Source: Candidatus Limnocylindrales bacterium (GTDB taxonomy: Bacteria > Chloroflexota > Limnocylindria > Limnocylindrales > CSP1-4). Taken from it: DNA of 24,512 nucleotides. Positions 19,774 through 24,512 of this stretch are shown in pieces. The DNA lies in contig DASYJV010000064.1 in the NCBI GenBank assembly GCA_035996105.1, forward strand, positions 1-24,512, read 5' to 3'. The notes under the pieces are model-generated. The model was not told the DNA's origin. It made no database searches and saw only the letters and a list, made by a program, of their open reading frames with translations. The position numbers and the translations under genes are program-made. The first letter of the stretch is position 1, and each line of letters begins with the position of its first letter.

Positions 19774-20630
19774 CGAGTCGCCACCGCGAGCTCGACCTGC
19801 TCGACGTCCGGGAACGCGGCGCCGAAGAGCCGGCTGGCCAGCGCGTGGAACGAGCCGGCGTCGCCGGTGGTGAGCTGCCGGTGCGATGCCTGGGAACCCG
19901 CATCCGCCTCGAGCCCGTTGACGCTCAGCAATTCGGCCAGCGCCGAAGCGGTCGCGGTCGCCGAGTCGACGATCGCCACCCGGTCGCCGACGCGCGCTTC
20001 GATGATCGCCCGGAGCAACGGGTAATGCGTGCATCCGAGCAGCAGCGTGTCGATGGTCGCGCCCGGCGGTCTCGGGAAGATCGACTCGCCGGCGGCATCC
20101 CGCTCGCCGAGAAGCGGTGCCAGGGCCTCGGCCACGGCGGCCTCCGCGGTCGGCCCGGACAGCTGGCCGGCCTCGACCAGCGGGACGAGGCTGGGCGTCG
20201 CGTGCTCATAGACCTCGACCGCGGGGTTCTCGTCCTTGATCGCAGCGAAATAGGCGTGTGACCTGATGGTGGCAGGCGTGGCGATCACGCCGACCCGCCG
20301 ATTGCGGGTTGCGAGTGCGGCGGCGGAGGCGCCCGGCCGGATCACGCCCAGGATCGGCAGGTCGTAGCGGCGCCGCAGGGCACCGATGGCCACCGCGGTC
20401 GAGGTGTTGCAGGCGACGACGATGGCCTTGACGTCGCGCTCCGCGAGCAGGTCGAGCGATTCGGTGGAAAAGGCAAGGACCTCTTCGTCGCTCCGGACGC
20501 CGTACGGCGCCCGCGCGTTGTCACCCAGGTAGATCGTGGATTCGAGCGGCGAGCGGCGAACCACCTCGCGCAGGACCGTGAGCCCACCCACCCCGGAGTC
20601 GAAGACCCCGATCGGGCGCGGATCCGACAT
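19770..20630 (-). CDS. murI: Glutamate racemase
   Basis: IGVFDSGVGGLTV, GDNARAPYG, VVACNTSTA and LLLGCTHYP, with both catalytic Cys present. Confidence 0.95.
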   Translation of the reverse strand: MSDPRPIGVFDSGVGGLTVLREVVRRSPLESTIYLGDNARAPYGVRSDEEVLAFSTESLDLLAERDVKAIVVACNTSTAVAIGALRRRYDLPILGVIRPGASAAALATRNRRVGVIATPATIRSHAYFAAIKDENPAVEVYEHATPSLVPLVEAGQLSGPTAEAAVAEALAPLLGERDAAGESIFPRPPGATIDTLLLGCTHYPLLRAIIEARVGDRVAIVDSATATASALAELLSVNGLEADAGSQASHRQLTTGDAGSFHALASRLFGAAFPDVEQVELAVATR

Positions 20631-20636
20631 GCGGCC

Positions 20637-21788
20637 TCAGGACCGCCCGGCGGCCGTCGCGACACGGCCGGCACTCAGCAGCTCCGTGGCGACGCGCATG
20701 ACGTCCTTGCTGATCTGCGCTTCGGGGTTGGCCAGGACGAACGGGACGCCCTCGTTGTTGGACTGCACGACGAGGCGGCCGTCGGAGACCACGCGATGCT
20801 CCGGGACCCGCCCGAGGGCGCGTTCGAGGTCGATCGATTCGATGCCGCCCGGTGAGTCGGCCCGGTTGACCAGGTAGCGGATCTTCGAGGCCGGGTATCC
20901 GATCGAGCGGAAGGTGTCGGCCATGGCGATGGTGTTGTGGATGGTCGTCGAATCGTAGGTGACGATCTCGATGATCACATCGCTCGAGTCGAGGAAGGCG
21001 AGGTTGATGTCGCTCAGGTGGCTCGGCATGTCGATGACGATGGCGCCATAGACCCGGCGCAGGAGCGACAGGACCTTGTCGACGTCACGGGGCGTGAGCA
21101 TCTCCGCCATCTCGATGCGTGGCGGGGCAAGCAGGATGTCGATCCCCGACGGATCGCGCCACAGGACATCGCTCAGGTCCGACTCGGCGATCCGGTCGGT
21201 CGGCAGGTCGAGGATCGACGGAGCATCGACCGGCACCTTGAGCAGCGAGCGCAGGTCGCCGAACTGGAGGCTCCCGTCGATCAGCACCGTCCGGTGGTCG
21301 AGCTGACCGAGGGCGACCGCCAGGTTGAAGGCGATGGTCGTCTTTCCGACCCCGCCCTTCGGGGCGAAGACGGTCATGACCCGGGTGCTCACAAAGGCCT
21401 GGAGCGACTCGAAGTCCTTGCGCGCGGCCGCGATCCGGGTCATCAGATCGAAGCCCGAGAATGGCATCGCCAGGACGCCGTGGATCCCATGAGCCGGGTC
21501 GACTTCGACCGGGTTCTGGGGCACCGTGAGGACGATGACCGGGACCTCGAGATCGGCCTCGCGGATCATCTCGACGAGCTTCGGGCCCTTGATGCGGCCC
21601 TGGAGCAGTGCGTCGACGAGGACGATGTCGGGCCGGAGCTCCTTGATCGTGGCGATCGCCCGGCTGCCGTCGCTCAGGACCTCGAGCAGCTTGACCCGGG
21701 ATTGCGCATTGAGCAGCCCGCGGATGTACTGGGCGACCTGCGGGACATCCTCGACGATCAGCAGGCGCGTCTGGTCACTCGGTGGCAT
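20637..21788 (-). CDS. Receiver domain fused to MinD/ParA-type ATPase (CpaE/TadZ-like)
   Basis: N-terminal receiver (LLIVED, PDIVLVD59, VIVLT88), deviant Walker A APKGGVGKTT, LIDGSLQFGD, ILLAPP, IVID and YLVNR. Confidence 0.8.
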   Translation of the reverse strand: MPPSDQTRLLIVEDVPQVAQYIRGLLNAQSRVKLLEVLSDGSRAIATIKELRPDIVLVDALLQGRIKGPKLVEMIREADLEVPVIVLTVPQNPVEVDPAHGIHGVLAMPFSGFDLMTRIAAARKDFESLQAFVSTRVMTVFAPKGGVGKTTIAFNLAVALGQLDHRTVLIDGSLQFGDLRSLLKVPVDAPSILDLPTDRIAESDLSDVLWRDPSGIDILLAPPRIEMAEMLTPRDVDKVLSLLRRVYGAIVIDMPSHLSDINLAFLDSSDVIIEIVTYDSTTIHNTIAMADTFRSIGYPASKIRYLVNRADSPGGIESIDLERALGRVPEHRVVSDGRLVVQSNNEGVPFVLANPEAQISKDVMRVATELLSAGRVATAAGRS

Positions 21789-21795
21789 CCGTCCG

Positions 21796-21804
21796 ACGAT
21801 ACCA
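21796..21804 (-). promoter_or_regulatory. Extended -10 promoter, probably leaderless, heading the cpaE-murI operon
   Basis: The minus strand reads TGgTATCGT, 7 nt, ATG (21788), with no SD. Confidence 0.55.
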
Positions 21805-21866
21805 CGAGGGTCGGGGGTCCTACCCCGCTCGGAGGTCCGGGTGGCTGGTGGGCCGGTGGTCGTGGT

Positions 21867-22667
21867 TCAGGGCTTGACCGCCAGCAGGACTGCACGCTCG
21901 CTGCCGGGTCCCATCGGGCCCATGTCATAGCCGCCGGCCAGGATCTCGACCACGAGTCCGGCCGCTTCGGCGAAGTCGCGCAGCTCGTCGGCGGAGACCA
22001 GCCGAAGCTGGTCGCGCCTGATCCAGCGCCGAGCCGGTGCGCCTTGGCCGCCCTCCTCGAAGATCGTGGTCAGGGTGACCGTCGCGCTGGCGGCGTCGTG
22101 CTGTGCCGAATCCGTCTTGGTGACGATGGTGCCCGTCTCGGGCTCCAGCCGTGGCCACTCGAGGATGATCCGGCCGTCGAAGCGGGCCAGGTCGTCGGCG
22201 TCCGGGAGCCAGACATCGACGACCGCCAGCCCGCCCGGGGCGAGATGGTCGGCCAGCGCTTGCACGGCCTTCCGTTGGGCGGTCCGCGTGGGCAGGACCA
22301 GCAACGAGTTGAGCGCGATGAACGCGAGGCCGAACCGTCCGGCATCCGGGAGCCGGAGATCGACCATGTCGCCCTCGACGAGGGTCAGACGTTCCTCGGC
22401 GGACGTGCCGATGACCTTTGCCCGCGCCCTGTCGAGCATGGCCGGATCGAGGTCGATCCCGGTGACCCGATGGCCTGCCTCGGCGATCGGGATCGCCAAC
22501 CGGCCGGTGCCGACCGCGAGCTCGAGGATCGGCCCCTGGGCACGGTCGGCGAGGGCCAGGTACAGGTCCAGGTCACCCGGGTCCTCGGTGAGGTCGAGGT
22601 CGTACAGGCGCGCCAGCGCGGCCGCGGTCGCGGGTTCGGGTCGCTCGCCGGCCGAGGGGGCGATCGG
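21867..22667 (-). CDS. Class I SAM-dependent methyltransferase; start codon unresolved
   Basis: The frame is open from the ureohydrolase stop: PIAPSAGERPEPATAAALARLYDLDL...LYLALADRAQGPILELAVGTGRLAIP..GHRVTGIDLDPAML..GDM..NSL..GGL. Motif I (ELAVGTGR) lies upstream of the track's TTG 22499, so that TTG cannot be the true start. Confidence 0.75.
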   Translation of the reverse strand, partial: PIAPSAGERPEPATAAALARLYDLDLTEDPGDLDLYLALADRAQGPILELAVGTGRLAIPIAEAGHRVTGIDLDPAMLDRARAKVIGTSAEERLTLVEGDMVDLRLPDAGRFGLAFIALNSLLVLPTRTAQRKAVQALADHLAPGGLAVVDVWLPDADDLARFDGRIILEWPRLEPETGTIVTKTDSAQHDAASATVTLTTIFEEGGQGAPARRWIRRDQLRLVSADELRDFAEAAGLVVEILAGGYDMGPMGPGSERAVLLAVKP

Positions 22668-23729
22668 TCAGGCCCCCCATCGGACGCGATGACCTGCCTG
22701 GCGACGCACGGCGAGGGCGCTGATGGCCTCGAGCGCGGCCCGGTTGGCGGCCATGGCGGTCGTCTCGGCCTGGTCGTAGGGCGGCGAGACCTCGACGATG
22801 TCCATCCCCGCGAGCTCGACGGCACCGACGATCTGGCGGATCGCGCGGAGGACCTCGCGGGTCAGCATCCCGCCGGGCTCGGGCGTCCCGGTCCCAGGCG
22901 CCATCCCCGGATCGATGACGTCGATGTCGATCGACAGGTAGATGGCATCGGGGCCGTCGAGCGCCTCCGCGATCGCGTCGGCGATGACCGACTCTGCGCC
23001 GCGTTCCTCGATCTCGCGCATGAGGTGCCAGCGCAGCCCCTGCGCCTTCATCCAGTCGAAGGTCTCCTGGGGCGGCCAGTACCCGCGCAACCCGACCTGG
23101 ACGAAGTTCCTGCCCTGGACCGCGCCCGACTCGATGAGCCGGCGCATCGGCGTGCCATGGCTGGCCAGGACGCCGAATGTGTCGTTGGCCGTGTCGGCGT
23201 GGGCATCGAAATGGACGATCCCGATGCTACCCGGCCGCCGCGTCTCGGCGACGGCCGTGGCGGCCGGCCAGGTGATGGAATGGTCGCCGCCCAGGATGAT
23301 CGGGATCGCGCCGGTCTCCGCGACCTCGCGGACCTTGCGGTAGATCATCGCGTGGCTGCGCTCGATCCGCGATGGCACGATGTTGGCGTCGCCGGCGTCG
23401 ACGACGGTGAGCACCTCGAACGGGTCGACGTCGAGCTGGAGCGAATGGATCGACCCGGAGGTGTACTGGGCTTCGCGGATGGCCCGCGGTCCGAAGCGGG
23501 CGCCCGAGCGGTGACTGACGGCATCGTCGAACGGGGCGCCGATGATCGCGACATCGACGCCGAGTCGGCGGAGCTCGGCGGGGTCGGTCACCCACGCCAG
23601 GTTCATGAACGTCGTCGGCCCGACGTAGGTGGGCAGGTCGAAGTCGCTGTACGTCTCGTATTCGGCGTCCCAGCCGTTCTCGTGCGCGAAGCCGCGCTCG
23701 ATGGACGGGTCAAGGGGGCGGTCAGCCAC
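22668..23729 (-). CDS. speB: Agmatinase-family ureohydrolase (agmatinase/guanidinobutyrase-like)
   Basis: GARFGPRAIR, GGDHS, HFDAHAD, SHGT, SIDIDVIDP..APGTGTPEPGG and VEVSPPYD. SD GGAGG before GTG. The exact substrate is uncertain. Confidence 0.85.
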   Translation of the reverse strand: MADRPLDPSIERGFAHENGWDAEYETYSDFDLPTYVGPTTFMNLAWVTDPAELRRLGVDVAIIGAPFDDAVSHRSGARFGPRAIREAQYTSGSIHSLQLDVDPFEVLTVVDAGDANIVPSRIERSHAMIYRKVREVAETGAIPIILGGDHSITWPAATAVAETRRPGSIGIVHFDAHADTANDTFGVLASHGTPMRRLIESGAVQGRNFVQVGLRGYWPPQETFDWMKAQGLRWHLMREIEERGAESVIADAIAEALDGPDAIYLSIDIDVIDPGMAPGTGTPEPGGMLTREVLRAIRQIVGAVELAGMDIVEVSPPYDQAETTAMAANRAALEAISALAVRRQAGHRVRWGA

Positions 23730-23834
23730 GCGAACCTCCGGAGACGGCCGCGGCCGCAGGCCGCATCGATCGAGTCCGTCTCTCTAGGGGCGCCGCCGGT
23801 TCGAGCCGTCGTCCAGCGGGACGCGCCGCGTCCG

Positions 23835-23843
23835 ATGGTAGCA
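23835..23843 (-). promoter_or_regulatory. Extended -10 promoter for the ureohydrolase, giving a 5' leader of about 100 nt
   Basis: The minus strand reads TGcTACCAT. Confidence 0.55.
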
Positions 23844-23888
23844 GCGGGTTGACCGGCCGTGACCGCCCAGGCGCTCGACGGAGGTGGT

Positions 23889-24512
23889 TCAGAGCTCCGC
23901 CCGAAAGGCCTCCCAGGCGGCGGCCACGAGGGCTGGATCGAGGAACAGCTCGAGCGCTGTCTGTGCGATGAGCGTCGCGGCCAGCAACGTGACCTCGTCT
24001 GCCCGGGGGCTGGCCGCGGCATCGCGGAAGAGGATCGAGTGTCCAGGGGTCCCCTCGGGCGCGATCGCGAGGTCGGGGTGGATCGTGGGGCAGACCCAGC
24101 TGACGTTCGCCATGTCGGTCGAGCCGGCATTCGGGTCGTCGCCCTGGTCGACGATCCCGTAGGCCGCCATGTTGGCCCGGAACCGCTCGCCGAGGACGTG
24201 GTTGTTGCGCATGGTCCGGGCGCGACCCGTGAAGGTCACCTCGACGGTGGTCTCGGTCGCGAGGGCCGCCGCCTCGCACAGCTGGCGGAAACGGTCGCGC
24301 ATCGTCTCGTACTCGGCCTCGTTGTCGCTGCGGATCATGAACCACGCGGCGGTCCGGTCCGGGATGATGTTCGCCGCGGTGCCACCCTCGCGGATGATCC
24401 CGTGGACCCGCGCGGTCGGGCGGAGCTGCTGGCGCCACAGGCCGACCGAGGTGAACAGCATGATCAGCGCATCGAGGGCGTTCCTGCCGAGCCACGGGTC
24501 GGACGAGGCGTG
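23889..24512 (-). CDS. M20-family amidohydrolase (ACY1L2/AbgB-like), C-terminal part; 5' end outside window
   Basis: The frame is open to the window edge: HASSDPWLGRNALDALI..RQQL...RVHGII.EGGTAANIIPD..GSTDMANVS..PTIHP..GH. Confidence 0.85.
   Translation of the reverse strand, partial: HASSDPWLGRNALDALIMLFTSVGLWRQQLRPTARVHGIIREGGTAANIIPDRTAAWFMIRSDNEAEYETMRDRFRQLCEAAALATETTVEVTFTGRARTMRNNHVLGERFRANMAAYGIVDQGDDPNAGSTDMANVSWVCPTIHPDLAIAPEGTPGHSILFRDAAASPRADEVTLLAATLIAQTALELFLDPALVAAAWEAFRAEL

Noticed and set aside
21805-21866. Bulged hairpin or G-rich tract between the methyltransferase and the receiver-ATPase, as terminator or G-quadruplex
   Set aside because: The stem is short and interrupted with no U-tract, and G-runs are expected at this GC content.
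22668-22680. prfB-like +1 frameshift cassette (G-run then UGA-C) or selenocysteine UGA
   Set aside because: GCC cannot re-pair at CCU, and that shift would leave the useful frame. The downstream hairpin is weak and I could not match it to a bacterial SECIS.
23819-23833. GGACGC-GGC-GCGTCC hairpin as the P0 stem of a ykkC-III riboswitch
   Set aside because: It begins 1 nt after the predicted -10, so it would not be fully transcribed. At most it is a DNA operator.
20937-23852. 971-aa plus-strand ORF, plus other long antisense ORFs such as 1259..3526, 10424..11995 and 13728..15593
   Set aside because: They are shadow frames of well-supported genes on the opposite strand. Stop codons are rare in GC-rich DNA, and the proteins show no recognisable motifs.

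Overview
GC-rich bacterial chromosomal window, about 70% GC by eye, and gene-dense. I see no mobile element, CRISPR array, rRNA or tRNA. A GAAC-N4-GTTC SOS box, lipoprotein solute-binding proteins and probable leaderless promoters point to a high-GC monoderm such as Chloroflexota or Actinomycetota; this is inference only. Left to right: (1) the 3' end of a TIGR03118-like gene; (2) a DivIC/FtsB-like gene divergent from an mrfA-mrfB-type DNA repair pair (SF2 helicase with DUF1998 plus DEDDh exonuclease with TPR region) that has a perfect LexA box; (3) a complete CUT1 sugar ABC operon ending in a PHP (CehA/McbA-like) metallohydrolase; (4) a second sugar/polyol ABC operon with a strong promoter, LacI-type operator, long structured leader and its own LacI regulator; (5) a PfkB kinase and an orphan very acidic protein; (6) a minus-strand run of receiver-CpaE/MinD ATPase, murI, DUF2342 zincin, D-2-hydroxyacid dehydrogenase and a divergent ychF; (7) a minus-strand M20 amidohydrolase (partial), an agmatinase-family ureohydrolase and a SAM methyltransferase. 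The most intriguing points are the methyltransferase that has no canonical start codon and sits in frame behind the ureohydrolase stop, the switch-like leader of the ureohydrolase, and the operator-packed region between the division gene and the SOS repair genes. All calls come from motif recognition by eye; no searches were run.
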